Notes under the pieces: model-generated
Seen by the model: only the letters and a program-made list of their open reading frames with translations
Databases searched by the model: none
What the model was told of the DNA's origin: nothing
Source: Eledone cirrhosa
Lineage: Eukaryota
Reading direction: 5' to 3'
DNA length: 64,000 bases
NCBI GenBank assembly: GCA_964016885.1
Contig: OZ024740.1
Coordinates: 304,730,001-304,794,000 of the forward strand
Translations under genes and position numbers: made by a program
Shown: positions 48,850-62,831 of the stretch, one piece after another
How the letters are laid out: the number at the start of each line of letters is the position of its first letter
Position numbering within the stretch: the first letter of the stretch is position 1

Positions 48850-49215
48850 GTCAGTAAATGCAGAAAATATGTAGGGATTGAAGAGAAATGTTTTGATGGA
48901 TGTGTGATGTTAACAAGCATGAACAGCAAAGCCTAGATGGGCTGAAAGAAAAACTGAGTATAAAAATAATAAAATATAGTGTGCAAGAGAGATGAATGTA
49001 CTGGTATGGACATGAGACATGAGACATGTATGGATGACGAGTGTCAGTAGTTCCCAGGGGAAGAAAGCTGCAGTAGAGGAAGACCAAAAGTGGTGAGAGC
49101 AGATCTCAAAATGCTGAACCTTACAGAGGACATGAGGAAAGAATACTGTAGGTGAAGGGAATCTATGTTGGAAAAAAACCGTCCAACCCATGCAAGCATG
49201 GAAAACAGACACAAA
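48850..49215 (+). mobile_element. Highly decayed RTE 3' fragment
   Basis: Residual ERN..WMC..WYGH..RGRPK; ends ccaacccatgcaagcatggaaaacagac. Confidence 0.55.
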
Positions 49216-50949
49216 AGGTTGGTTTTAGGAAGCTGCTACAATGCAAATGGTGCTATAAATATTGAGGTAATAATGTCAGATAAAGAAGAAGGATGATTAA
49301 ATGTGAATGTTCCCTGGGAAATATTTAATAGTTCTGAATATTTAGGATAAAATATCCATTATCAAAGGAAAATATTAAAGATATTTCAGAGAATGGCTTA
49401 TACATCCTTTGTGCAAATGAGAGATGTTCAAATAACAGAAAATGATATGCTATATTAAAACCTTTGACAATTCATTATTAAAATAAAGCACCAGTAATGC
49501 ACTGGAATAATTGCTGGCCTTGTGCCAAAAGTAGAAAAAATTGTTACATCCTGGGAGCTTGGAAAGAAGGCCAATTTCATCCCAGTATCCCAATAAGAAA
49601 AACACTAAAATATCCAGTCCACACAACAGTACATATAATATAATTAGCTCTGTTTCTATATTGAACATTATTGGGACATTAACATTCACATATCAATAAG
49701 TTATAACATTATATATATCGCAAGATTTAATTTTATATTTAATCCCTTCTTAATGAATTACAGAATTTTATAATGTTAATATTTATATGTCCAACTCATG
49801 CAAGCATGGAAAAGCAGACGTAAAATGGTGATGGTGATGAGGATGAAGTCATTTATAGTTCTTCTCCACATATATTATGGGAGATTGGTTGTAGCAACAA
49901 CAGTGCTGTATAATGTACATATGAGAACCTAGAACAATGTTGCAGCATGAAAGATGTTTATTTTTTTATGGTGGCTAGAATATCTATACTTGCAGATAGG
50001 CTCTCAATGCCATTGGACAAAGAATTGTCTGCACTTAACTATCATAATGTTTATATCTAGTTATTTTATTTTCATAGTTTTGTTTGTAATTTATTTTGTG
50101 GGTTGCTATCAAAAGGGTTAATTACCCCCACATGAAAATTATTTGTTATATCAACTCAGAGAGAATGAGCTACCCCTATACCCAATATATATATTCTCTA
50201 TACATTGACTAACCCCACCCACCTCACCCCCACCCCAACACACACACATAATTTGAACTCACCTCCTTTAAGCCACTTGTATTATTTTACTTAAAACTTT
50301 CATTACTATATTTCTAATTAATTACACTCTATTTGAATTAATCAACAAATAATTATTAATTATTTCATTATTATGATTGTACTTGTGACACAATTTAACA
50401 AAAGGTTCTTTTATCAAGTTATGTTGGAAGATTTAAATTTAAATAGGAACTCTTTAAAATAAGTGATTTTGTTTCATAAAACCATAGCTGGTTTTTGGTG
50501 GGTGTGTATCAAAGGGTTAATCAGCCCAAAAGGAAATTCTTTGTTAGGTCAACTCATATAGTATGAACTTTCCCTTGGTCATGTTCTTTCTACAAACAAT
50601 GAGTGAGTTTCCCTTTTCCTAAACTTAACAATAATAGGATAGTCAAGCAATCATGTTATTTCATCATCAAATACTAATTAAACCAACTCATGTTACTGTT
50701 CAGTTTTAGGCATATAATTGTTAACCACTTGTTTGTATAGAAGATAACAGTGTTTATGTGTGAATAGTGTGACAGAAAATTGTTAAAAACTTAAGGATAT
50801 CATGTGAAAACAAAAACTTGTGTAGTTAATTCATTTGTTTGTTTACTGGTTTCACTCATCAAACTGTGGTCATGCTGGGGCACCAACTTCAAAAGTTCTA
50901 GATGATTAGGTTGATTCAAGTATCTATTTTAGTCTGAAACACATTATAG

Positions 50950-51512
50950 ACTAATAGAGTAATTTGGGCTGCTGGATGAGCTCATCAAAAAAGGACATTG
51001 ACAATAGAATTTCCAAAGTTTGGGCTGCAATGATCAAAACGGAAAGGATATAGAAGTCAGATCTACGCAGACAAATCAAAATATCATTCTTCAGAACATT
51101 TGTTGAGTCAGTGTTTTATGGTACTGGTACATGGACCCTGATATAAGCACTTGAGAAGAAATTAGATGATGCATACACTAAAATGCTTGTACAAAACATA
51201 AAATGGCGTCAACATGTTACAAATGAAAGTTTATATAGAAACTTGCCCAAGATAACATCTACAACTGTTCAAAGATGGTTACGGTTTGTAGGATATTACT
51301 GGAGAAGTAAACAGGAAGTTATACACAAGTTACTATTGTGGGAACCAACTCATGAGAGACGCAGTAGAGGAAGGTCTGCTTGAACTGTCATCCATCAACT
51401 CTCAGATGATACAAACATCAGTAGGGAGCAGTTGTCAGGAGCAATGGAAAATTGTGAATCATGGAGAGACTTTGCCAGGTATGTTCAACCATGATGATGA
51501 TGATGATGATGA
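50950..51512 (+). mobile_element. Second RTE-like LINE family, 3' fragment with (GAT)n tail
   Basis: WRQHVTNESLYRNLP..WLRFVGYYWR..LLWEP..RSRGR; gatgatgat at ~51494-51513. Confidence 0.7.
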
Positions 51513-52679
51513 TTTGTTGAACCATGAAGTTAGGGGACATAAATGAACACAACATGATAAACAGCACTGTTATTGACACAGACAAATACACATTCACACT
51601 CTTCTCTATCTCTACCTGTCCATTAGTCTGTCTGTCGGTATAACTGTGTGTCTGTCTGTCTCTCACTCTCTTTCAACACTGGAAGTGTGAATGAGTCATG
51701 TGGTATTTGATATCTGATCTAAGCTATGTTCTGATCTAAATTATTGTTGTATCATTTTTGAAATGGAATGACATGTGATACTGTGTTTGTCTATGTTAGC
51801 TACTGTTATACTCTATTGTTGATTTAGGGTTTCAGTGTGGCTATTAGTATAGATTCTTTTATTCTGAGATTTACTGTCTCTGATTCGTATTCTGGCAGCC
51901 TTCAAACAAAACACAATTTTCAACACTTTACGTAATGCTTCAAGCAAACTACAACACCCTCTTAAAATAATTATTTCAATACTAAGATAGCATTTGTAAC
52001 ATAACTTAACAAATGGTTCTTATATAAAATTATGATGAAAGTTGGAACCATTTAAAATGGATGAATTTCTCGCAGAGGACCAGAGCTGGTTTTAAGTGGA
52101 TTGGAATCAAAAGGGTTTATCACCCCACATGGAAATTATTTGTTATGTCAACTCGGAGAGAATGAGCTATGTCATCCTCGGAAGCAGCGAAGGAAAAACC
52201 CTATAAGTTCTAGGATTTCCTGTATGATTAATAAATATTTATAAATGTTGTGTACTTTTGTCGGGTTGACAAATGTTTAGGGAGGGAGTAGTGTTACAAA
52301 GGAAATTGTAAAGTCAATCATCAGCTGCAAATGGTATCACTCAAATTCGAAACACTACTTCCAAGATCTACAAAAGAAAACGAGGAAAAATGAACAATGG
52401 ATCATGTGACTGATTTGAAACATGATGCATGGGTTTTTTGTGCGTTTTACTGGAAGTAGACTATTTAACCCTTTAGCATATACATTAGTCTATATATACT
52501 ATTATATTTACTATTATATTTTCATGATAAAGGCTTTACCTCACATAATTATCTGACATAATATTGAATCTATGAGATTTTGATATTATTTATTTTGAGA
52601 ACAATACCTTAACATCAGTATCAGCAGCTGGTTACAGCCAGTTGGAACAGAAAGGGGTGAGAGAATTCTGGCTGCATAT

Positions 52680-55260
52680 GGCCAGATATAGATAGCTGGA
52701 GAGCAGCTGACAAAGGTCTTGCTGAGTGATGCTAAGACACCCTCGGCCTTCTTGACAATTTTAGAGACATGCTTCGTCCAACGCAAATCGCTGCTGACAG
52801 AAATGCCCAGGTCATGTTCACAAGAAAACTTCTTGATATTAGTGTTGTGGAGGGAGTATGTGGACGTTGGGTTTTTTCTCCCAAAATGCATGGTGGTATA
52901 CTTGTCCACAGCCAACTTGAGTTGCCAGTCCATGATCCATTGTTGCATTGTGTCCAGGTCTGATTGCAGGCAAGATCTAGTGTTCAGGATCTGTCCTTTT
53001 TATCTCAAGGTATAGCTTGATGTCATCTGCATATTTCAGTACTGTGGCATTCTTTAAGTTGGCATCTATGTCATTAATATATGCCACAAACAAAAGGGGG
53101 TCAAAAACAGATCCCTGTGGTACACCAGATGACATCTCATATGGTGAGGAATGCTGTCCCAGAACCGTGACTACCTCTCTTCAACTGAGAATGGAGGACT
53201 TCAACCAGTTAAAAAGATCATCCTTCACACCCATTGCAGAGAGTTTTGCCATAAGTCTTTTGTGTGGCACAGAATTTAGCAAAGCCAAGGTATACAACAA
53301 CCACCCATGAGCCGCCATCAGTGATCCGGGTGATGTCTTCAAGAAAATCGATAAGTTGATCACAGCAGCTGGAGTTAGGGATAAATCCAAATTGAAAGGG
53401 CCGGATAAGACTGTGAGAGTTCCAGAAGTTCCAAAGTGTTTCTCTGACACAGGATTCCATCAGTTTGGCAATGCAGCTAGTAAGACTGATTGGACGATAG
53501 TTGACAGGCGATGTGTGGTCACCCTTTTTGAACAGAGGAATGACACTGGCAGTTTTCCACTGCTCCGGAGTAGCACCATTGTTCAGACAGATTTGAAGGA
53601 AGAGTGATAGCTGGTGCAAAAGGGAGTACCCACCACATTTGAGAAGCAGGTACGTAACACCATCAAGACCAGGGGAGGCATAGTTGTGTTTATTTTTTAA
53701 GGTGATGTCGCAGCATTGCAGGTGTAAATTCCATAGTTGTAATAGAATTTGATGTCAGAGGTGGTGGAGATGGTACACTCTGGTCTTCAACAGTGAAAAT
53801 GCCTGCATCGCATTCAGTTCTGCGCATTCTTTGGGGTCGTCAGTAATCTGGCTTGTGTGGGGATTGTGAAGAGGACCAACTAGAGAGTGAGGCCTCTGCT
53901 TTGAGTGTACAAATTTCCAGAACACCTTACTGTCAGGGTTGGTTGCAATGCGCTGTTCAAATTCAAGCACTGTCTTATTTGTCACCTGCTTCAGATGGTT
54001 GGATGATTTATTTCGCTTTTTCCTATTGATATCTTATTTATACAATTTGTACTCACGTTCAGCATTATGATGTTCTTGCCTGGCAAGACGGACTGCTGCA
54101 GTCTCCTAAATTGCGCTTTTGGGATGTTTTTTCTTCTTACGTCGCACTGATGCTGCACATGCTGTCCATATTGAGCTCAGGATGTTCTGGAGTAGTGTTG
54201 ACATCTCCAGAGTCGTAAAACTCGAGCCAGTTTGGACGTTGCAGCTCGGTGCAGTAACAGTTCCAGTCTGCTTTATTCCAGTCAAAGCGAGCAGTTTGGA
54301 GATGGTTGTGGTTTTTGTTACTGCCCATGAGGGACAGATTGGCAATGATCATAGCATGATCAGAGTCACCTAAAGGTTCCTCAGCAGTAACACTAATAAC
54401 CGTTTCAGGAGTAGTGGTGAAGAGTAGATCCAAAGTGTTGTCTCCTCTTCTTGGGGAGGTGACTACTTGGGACCAGTTCGAGTCCAGCACTAGCTCAAGG
54501 AAATCATTTGCATTTTGTGGCCAAGGAAAGGTGTCCCAGTTAATCTCAGGGGGATTGAAGTCCCCTGCAATAAAAACATAAGTGGCTGTTTTCCTGGCAG
54601 CAGCTCTGAGAATATCACAAAGCTGAGTGTCCTGATGGTAATTTGGGGAACAGTAAATAACTCCAAGTAGCAGTGTTGACATGGTCATACGTATATCACA
54701 GAAAAATACTTCCTGCTGCGATTAGTTCAAATCAACACAAGGAATTGCTGAAAAGTTTGACCAAACGTAGACCATTACACCACCACCATGGCGATTAATG
54801 CGGTCTTTACAAAACAAGTTGTAGCCAGCTATGCTGAAAACCCCATCACAGAGTAAGGAAAGTGCCCATGTTTCTGTGACTGTAATGAAGCCAGGGTCGA
54901 TACTTTTGACATAGGAATCAAAAAGATGCATCTTATTGCATAGACTACGTGCATTTGGGACAACAATTTGTACCTTGATTTCAGTCTATAATGATGTGCA
55001 GGGGATGGCAGGTTGTTCTGATTTAGTTTCCCAGAGTTTTTCAGTTTTTTTATTGCCAGTTGTTGTGGGTGTAGTGTTTTCAGACCAGCTGGTATCTCTT
55101 TTCCATGTTTCACCAGCCTTAATAAACTTCCATATCCGCCCATCATCACGTAGGCTGAAGCTTTCATGTTCTGCCGAGCTGCGGTTTAAGGAAGCTGCAG
55201 CATGTAGCTTTGGGCGTACATCAGATGGAAGATAAGGGTGTATTTGGAAGGAAATCCGAT
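52680..55260 (-). mobile_element. Degenerate CR1/L2-group LINE ORF2 (APE endonuclease plus RT)
   Basis: ITVTETW, GGGVMVYV, GDFNPPEINW, TLDLLFT, SDHAMI; NYRPISLTS, QFGF, LKYADDIKL (~53015-53040), DLGI; frameshifted. Confidence 0.88.
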
Positions 55261-55302
55261 TTTCACACCTAGCTTTACCAGAGGCTAAAAGATATGAATG
55301 TG

Positions 55303-55341
<39 letters not shown>

Positions 55342-56299
55342 GATTGTAAATCAATATTTAATGTAAAAGCAATAGGATTTTGTACACATGCTTGTTTGAA
55401 ATAATTTTTCAAGGAAGTATGAAACATAGCCTTTTGTACTGTTTATTATAATAAATTACCGTATTTTGAGCTGTTTTAACTTCTCCACTTACTTCTTTCC
55501 GTTTTTTATTATTATTATTTTTTTTTTAGGGGGAGGGGGTTCTTCACAGTTTCTGTCCTCCATCTTCCATATGCATATTATTGGACAACTCAAGAAGCAA
55601 GAGTTTTTCCCCCTTTTTATACTCCCTTTCTTTGCTCATGGTCGATTTAAACGACTCCCCCCACCCAGATTGTTGGCCTTCTGCCTAAATCAGAAACCAT
55701 TATTGTTTTGTCATTTTTCTTTTTCCCCAATGTCACCAAATACATTTCCTCCTCCTCCTCCTCCTTCTTCTTGAGAAGGTCGTGGGTGCAGAGTCCTCAA
55801 ACACTCCTTCCAACAGGTCCTGTCAGAAGCAACCGTCTCCAACTGATCCAGCTGGATCCCCAAATGTGACCAGCCAGGCTCATGGATGTTATTCAACTAT
55901 CTTGCTTGGGGTCTACCCCTGGGTATCCTACCAATTGGGTTTGCCTGCAAAATCTGTTCAGATATTCTTTCCTGAGATATACTAACCACATGCCTGTAGT
56001 ATCAGAGCTGTGATCTCTCAATTCGGAGAATTAGTGGCTCTACCTGGAATGACTCTCTAATCTCTGAGCTACGCACCCTTTCAAGTAATGCTACTCCAAA
56101 GACCCTTCCAAGGAACCCCATTTTGGCCGCTTGTATTCATGATTGTATTCTTTCAGTTATTACCCAAGATTCATGACCATAAGTAAGGGTGGACATGAAT
56201 ACCAATTGATTATGGAATGCTGAAGCTGGCGCATTACTGCACCAGCTCCTGCAATTTTAGCCCTTCTTTCAAAATTTCTGTCCTTTAACTTGAATTGGA

Positions 56300-56750
56300 T
56301 TTTATTCACTGTTGTATAAAAAGAGATATGACAATACAATGCTTACAGAACGATAGCACAAACAAATATAATATAAAGGAAAGGAAAGGGCAAACAGAAA
56401 AAAAGAAAGGAAAAGAAAGAGAAAAGAAAAAAACACACATCTGGGACCACATACAACAAAAGGCAGGTGAAAGGGGTGGACAACTGAGCTGCTACCAGAG
56501 TAAAAGATAACAGTATCGCGAGGAGCATTAGGAAACTTCTCTAATGATTTTTGAGGCAAGCCAGCACACTCGCAGTGTTACCTCGAGTGATGGCGAGACT
56601 GATGCGCTGGAACAACCAACCGTCGTCACGAGCTTCACCAGTTATCTCTGATAGGCGAGCCGCCAGTGAAGATAGGAATCTCGCCATCAGTAGCCCGACT
56701 CCCCCAAATGTCTCGAACGCCACAGGCTGGAAACTGTAGTTGGCCAACAG
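56300..56750 (-). mobile_element. CRE-like (restriction-like endonuclease) non-LTR retrotransposon 3' end
   Basis: ORF 56747-56541 FQPVAFETFGGVG..FL..GEAR..LFQRISLAITRGN matches the RLE C-terminus of CRE-type elements; AATAAA on the minus strand at ~56301-56306. Confidence 0.7.
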
Positions 56751-58349
56751 CTCTGTTTTCCCTTTCCCTTTCCTTTATATTATATTTGTTTGTGCTTTCA
56801 TTCTGTAAGCATTGTATTATTATATCTCTTTTTATTAACTTGAGTTAGAAATCATTATATACACAGGTAAGATTGTGTGGTTTTAGATTCAGTCCTTTTT
56901 TTGCGTGGAACACGGGGCAAATGTTTTCTACCATAACCTCAGTTGACTGGGTACAGAAAAACTATGTGGAATGCCATTAAATGGACTGTCTCTGTTCCTG
57001 AGTGGTAAACTTAACATCATGTCTGGTTTAACACCACCACCTGGCCCTTGAGTATCTTTAGCAGAGTACACTGCATTGCAAAAATTTGGACCAGATATTC
57101 ATTCTGAGCATAACTTCCTCTCTTCCTCTCATTAGTCTCAGAATTCTTGTAAAAAGATCATGAGCACTGCTTTACTTCCTCTGACTAAGCCATAAAAACA
57201 TTTTTCAACAAGAGAGAACAAATAATCTTTCTAAAACCAGATTCATAAACTTGTTACTTTAGACTAACTATTCCACGTCATCCCTAATGAAAACATTATT
57301 ATCAATAGCAATAATAGAGTATGAAGGATGTTAACAGAAGCAATGGAGTTCTGGATTAGATTCCATACACTATTTAGTTTTAACCCTATAAATCATGCCT
57401 GATTTAACTTTGTTTTTCATTTCTCCAGAATGGATGAAATATGATTCAGTAATATACTTGTATAGAGAATTCAGCTTTCAATCTATTTTCTTTTCAAAAT
57501 ACTGACCTTATTCCTGACCACAAGAAATTGTTATTATTTAACCCTTTTGGCACTGAACCACCTGAAATTGACCCTAGTTTTATGGTATAAAACTTTTAGT
57601 TTTAAAGTGTTTATATTTATCTAAAATCTTCCATCATAATATTATGTAAGAACCCAAACATCAGTTTAATAATTAGTATATTAGTTATATTACTAATTCC
57701 CTCCAAAAATCTTGATTATTTTCAAAATTATTTGAGAACCATAGTTGCAGTATAAGAAATCTGGTAATGAAAAGGTTAAAATGCTGTTTCACTGAAGACT
57801 GTGTCTTTGAATACACAACTACTACATTCCTGACAGTAATGCCTGTTAATTCTTACTAAAATATTAACTGAAATTAATACTGGTACCATAGAAATTAATA
57901 AATCAAATGATTTTGATATAAATCCAATAAAATATCATAAAACATAATAGTTAACGAGTTATGAAGATTCTCTGGGAAAAGAGAAGCCTCCTTCAGAAAG
58001 AGAGGAATCTATGATTGTATTGGTAATTTAATACAATGCCTTTATAGCTAGTAGCAGCACCCATCTTTCATACAGTGAAATGTACTGAAACACTTTTGCA
58101 TTTACATTGGATGCAGTTGTCACGTGTTTATGAGGAAATAATTATTGTGTATGTGAGCTAGCTGGCTGGCATATCATAAAGAACCAACCAAACAGCTAGT
58201 CAGCTAGTCTGCCAACCAACCAGTTAGGATTAAGATATGAGATGGCAGAAGAGCCAGTTTGACATCATAGAATAGGATCAGATTTAATATGGTGATAAAT
58301 AGGCATAGATTAAGAGTGTCATTACATTGGCTAAGAATGGTTAGGAATA

Positions 58350-61300
58350 CTAGCAGAAGAACCGCCCTTTGGGCGGTTTTCTGCTAGCATATATAGTGTG
58401 TATATTGATATATGCAAATATATATGCACATAGATATGTGCTGAATAAGACCTGTCCCACCCTTGCAAGCAGGGAAAAGCGGACGTAAAATGATGATGAT
58501 GATAGATATAATACGTAAATTGACAATATGCACATAAACTGAACAAAGACTGTGTTACACTTACTTCTGCAATCAGTAAAGTAATCCATGATACATTTTT
58601 AAAAAAGGCGATAATGGAGATGGAAAAGCAATGGAACTGTTGATGGAAAATGTTCATGAATCTTCATTTGAGAATGTCAATGGGACGCTTCAAGCAGTGA
58701 ATTTGAAAATAGATGCTGCTGGTATGAATGAATGAATTATATTTACCAATATGAAGAGTTGACCTTTGCTATATTGTTGTTTTACTGTATTCACATATAG
58801 ACTTCTTAAGTTTTTGTAGTGTCCCTTTTCTAGCAGTTAAAAAGAAACTGAAATGCATTTCAACTAAAAGAGAGTGATAGCTGTTTCACATCACTGTAGA
58901 ATTTCTTTGTAGACACAGTTGTCAACAAACAGACCCCTTTCATTTAATATTTTTATATTTTATTTTTTTGTAACTCGTGATAATACAACATACATCTGAC
59001 CATGTGAGAAGAATTGTGTTGGTAGATATACACCTATCTTTTCAAATGTCTGCCCTTGTGTCTTGTTGCATGTAAGGGCAAAGGCTGGTTTGACAGGAAA
59101 TTGCTTGCGAGTAAAGGTGAAAGGGAACTCAAGTTCTTGAGATACATGTGGTATCCTTGGGATTAGCAACCTTGTTCCAGCATTGGGACCCAATGCCACT
59201 TCAGCTTCAATTACATGATTATGTAAACTGATGGTGATGTAGCGTGTACCATTGCAATGCCCGTTTATAGGATCCAGATTTCTCAGAAGCATGATGCAAC
59301 TGCCTTTCTTCAGTTTAAGTATGTGTGTTGGGAAGCTTGATGGGGTAAGTTTGTTGATGAACTCAATTGGATATTGCAGTTCATTATCTACTGTATCAGA
59401 GCTTCTGTAGATTATTTCATGACCAGGGAACTTGTTGACCATGAACTTATTCACCAATCTTGCTGCATCATTTGTTGGAGTGATAATGGCTCTATTTGCA
59501 AGCCATAGTGGGTTTATGTAGTTTCCTGGAAGATTTGTATACACAAAATCACACAGTCCAGACACATTACCATATTCTAGACAAAGTTCATTTGGCAGAA
59601 GAATTGTGAATGCACCTACAGTTGGAACAGTTGGAATGTTACCATTTCCCACATCAAGAAGGTAGTTTGCAAACTGTCTTTCATCAGAATCCTCTGCATT
59701 AATTAACCGTTGATTGGTTATCATCTCCATGATTTCCACATAGTCCCAGAGATAGGATCTCTTGATGGTTGCCTCAACTATTTGTGTTCTAGCACCATGA
59801 CGTACAACTGGAAAAATTTGCTTCCAGTCACCAGATAGTAATTGTTAGACCACCAAATGGCTTTTTGCAATCTCAAACATCTTTGAATCTCCTGTCAAGG
59901 CATTCAAAGATATGTTTATGTCCCATACATATCTCATCAATGATTAGCAGGTCAGCTTGCTGCATAGGTTTATCTGTGTCATCCCTCTTTGTGAAGAAGC
60001 AAGTTGGTTCAGCAGTTACATTGAGAAGAATCTTGCACTTGTGAAGCAAAGTGGCTGCTATTCCAGATATGGCAGTGGCAAGTGCAATTTTTTTTTTTAG
60101 AGATAATCCAATAGGATCTTTATGACATAGGTCTTTCCTGTACCTGCACTATTCAAGCAGAAAATTCTGCCTTCATTTTCATTTACAGAGGTGATTACTT
60201 TGTGAAAAATAACCAGTTGCTCAGGATTCAATGTTGGCAGAAGTTCATTTATGTTTGCTTGCAGTTGGTGTGTATTGAAATCAGTTTCTGCCATAAGAAC
60301 CCTGTTGATTTCTGGTATGGCAACAGTAGTTGGGTCTGGCCAAGGAAGTCCATAGTTGGTATGAATGTCCAAGCCATCATGTTGAAGTTTTTGTTGGATC
60401 TTCTGTAGAACAATCTGCACGGTTTGCATGGACATGACTTGCTCATGACGTTCATGCATGATATCCTCTGCAAGAAAATTCTTCCATTTCTCCCAGAACT
60501 GCAGAGGGTTATTTGGCATGCTGTACAATAAAATGGTGCAGAAGATCTCTCACAGCTGAGGACCAAGCGAAATGGATGAGGCCTCTTCCATAGCTTTGTC
60601 TTTTTCTCCATCTTCATCTAACAGACCAAGTTTCCTGCCTGTTTCTTGGAATGTTGGAAATTCAACTCCTTCAATTGTCCTCAAATCTTTGTATGAAGTT
60701 GACCTAGCCTTGTGATGTAGGATCGTCCTGAGGTAATATAATTCAGATTGATGTCTACTGAGAGATACTGTTGGAATCCGTCCAAGAGATTCACTCATAA
60801 ATTGTTGATCACCATCCAGATGTCCCTTTTTTCTTCTTTGCCACTTTTTGCCCAAGTGAAATATTTAGGAATATCAATATACAATATGTTTTGTGCCAGT
60901 GGGTATCTAATATTCAGTTGAAAATATTCCGTCAACTTAGTCATTGGCTGTCCCCTAGAAACAATACTTTCTTCCTGCCCTCACTCATACACGACCATTT
61001 GTTCCCCAGGTAAATGGCAAGGCAACTTTTCGATGATGTAATGGAAATTTATAGATTCTCCAGAATGCTTCACTGGCTGAGATGTACCGTGCATTAATAT
61101 AGGTCTCAATCTCATTTTAGGCATGGACACAATTTCCTTGATCATCCTTAATAGTGAAAGTGATATTGTCTGATCCTTTTGTGATGTACTTATATAAGTA
61201 CTTAACAGCCTTGACACTGTGGACAACCTCACCATTGATGTGGCACTGATATCTCAATGAGAGGAAAGGGTTGTATGGAACAATCCAACGATTATCAACA

Positions 61301-62000
61301 GTAAATTATTGACCTTTAAGTTGGATTGTATGGGTGTGACCACCATGCTGTCTATCCTTTCTTCTATACTCCGGAAAAGAATTTTCAGCAACAAATGTGG
61401 TTTGTCTGAATGCCCTGGGATAACTTTTTGAGCAATGGCGTTGTTGTCCTAGCCTTTCCATACATGAGCACATCATATTAGCTTGTCCATATGGGCCATG
61501 CATGTTGCAGGATGTGATGATCTTATGCAGAATTGGATTGGTCTCTTTATCAGGAATCTCACAGTACACTACCTGATCAATGGCATCAGCAGTTTTGGGC
61601 TTGCTATCTACAGCCATTATCAGCAGAATATGAGCATGAGTGAGGCCTCGTTTTCTGCCACTCTATTGAATGAGCCACAACTTTTCCTAGGACATTTTTT
61701 TCAATATGTCATCCATGAGGCTGTCATACTTGATCTTGAAGACTCTTGCACAAATATCAGGACGGTCTCTAGATTCTTCACCAAGGTGCAAACTATTTTT
61801 TATTTCATCCCAGTTAGGGTTAGTTGTTACTGTGATGAAATAAGATGGCTTTCCCATGTGTCGAACCACAGTCATCGAATTCTGAAAGCACTCACTGTAG
61901 AAGCGAGGGGAACCATAGATTAAAGGAGGAAGAACAATTCTCCAGCCTGCACTTGTTTCAGACGTTAGACTGTGCCCATGCTGTGGTTCCACGATTAAAG
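58350..62000 (-). mobile_element. Degenerate autonomous-type Helitron (Rep HUH endonuclease plus Pif1-like helicase), 5'-truncated, with intact 3' hairpin-CTAG end
   Basis: Rep motifs FITVTTNPNW, EWQK/RGLTHAHIL (~61620-61665) and KYLYKYITK (~61180-61205). Helicase motifs GTGKT, LIIDE, GDWKQI, LLRNLD..GHCNGTR, FALTCNKTQGQT and FSHGQMYVVLSR. Hairpin aaccgcccaaagggcggtt then CTAG|T at 58350. Multiple frameshifts. Confidence 0.9.
58960..59739 (-). pseudogene. Helitron Pif1-like helicase C-terminal open fragment (259 aa)
   Basis: Helicase motifs IV-VI in the ORF track; upstream parts are broken by frameshifts. Confidence 0.85.
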
Positions 62001-62831
62001 GATTTTCTTGACCTCAATTCCAGTACATATATTTTAAAATCTAGTACTTATTTTATTGATCACTTCTATTCTCTTTGAAACGTGTGTGTGTGTGTGTCTA
62101 TGTGTTCATATGTATGATGGTACCATATCGCTTGCGACGAGGGTTCTTCCAGCTAGGTTTCTCAAATGGAACTGCCTGAAATTAAGGTGAAAGTGTCTGA
62201 GCATTCCATAGACACGTATAATGGAGGGTTTCAGGGAGGGACTACATTGGTTCTTCGACTTACTGGCAGAGTACACTTTTTTTACTTCAGTGGAGAGAAG
62301 AAAGGCGAAATAAAGTGTCTTGCTCAAGAACACAACGCACTGATGGGATTCAAACTCTCAACATTACAATCACAAGACACACACACAGACATAAACGCAC
62401 ACACATATGCACACATACACAGATACAGTAACACACATATGCACACACACACACATAAGCAAACAGATACACACGCACATATACATATATATACACAAAC
62501 ACTTATGCACACACACACAGATACACACATAAACACACCACACATACATATATATGTGTGTGAGTGAGTCTATGTACTTATGCAATGGTAAAGAGAATAT
62601 ACACCTGTGGATTGAATCATTGGAACTGTAGTAAATTATCCTTTCCTTATTTCCACATCTTCACATACATACACACAGCCACATATACAGATAACTACAC
62701 TATCGTCTATCTTTCTATCTACCTACCTATATATCTACGTATCGATCTATCAACCTATCTATCTACCTGCCAACCTACCTGTCTATCTACCTCTCTCTCA
62801 CACACACACAAATATATCTATTCTAGAGAGT

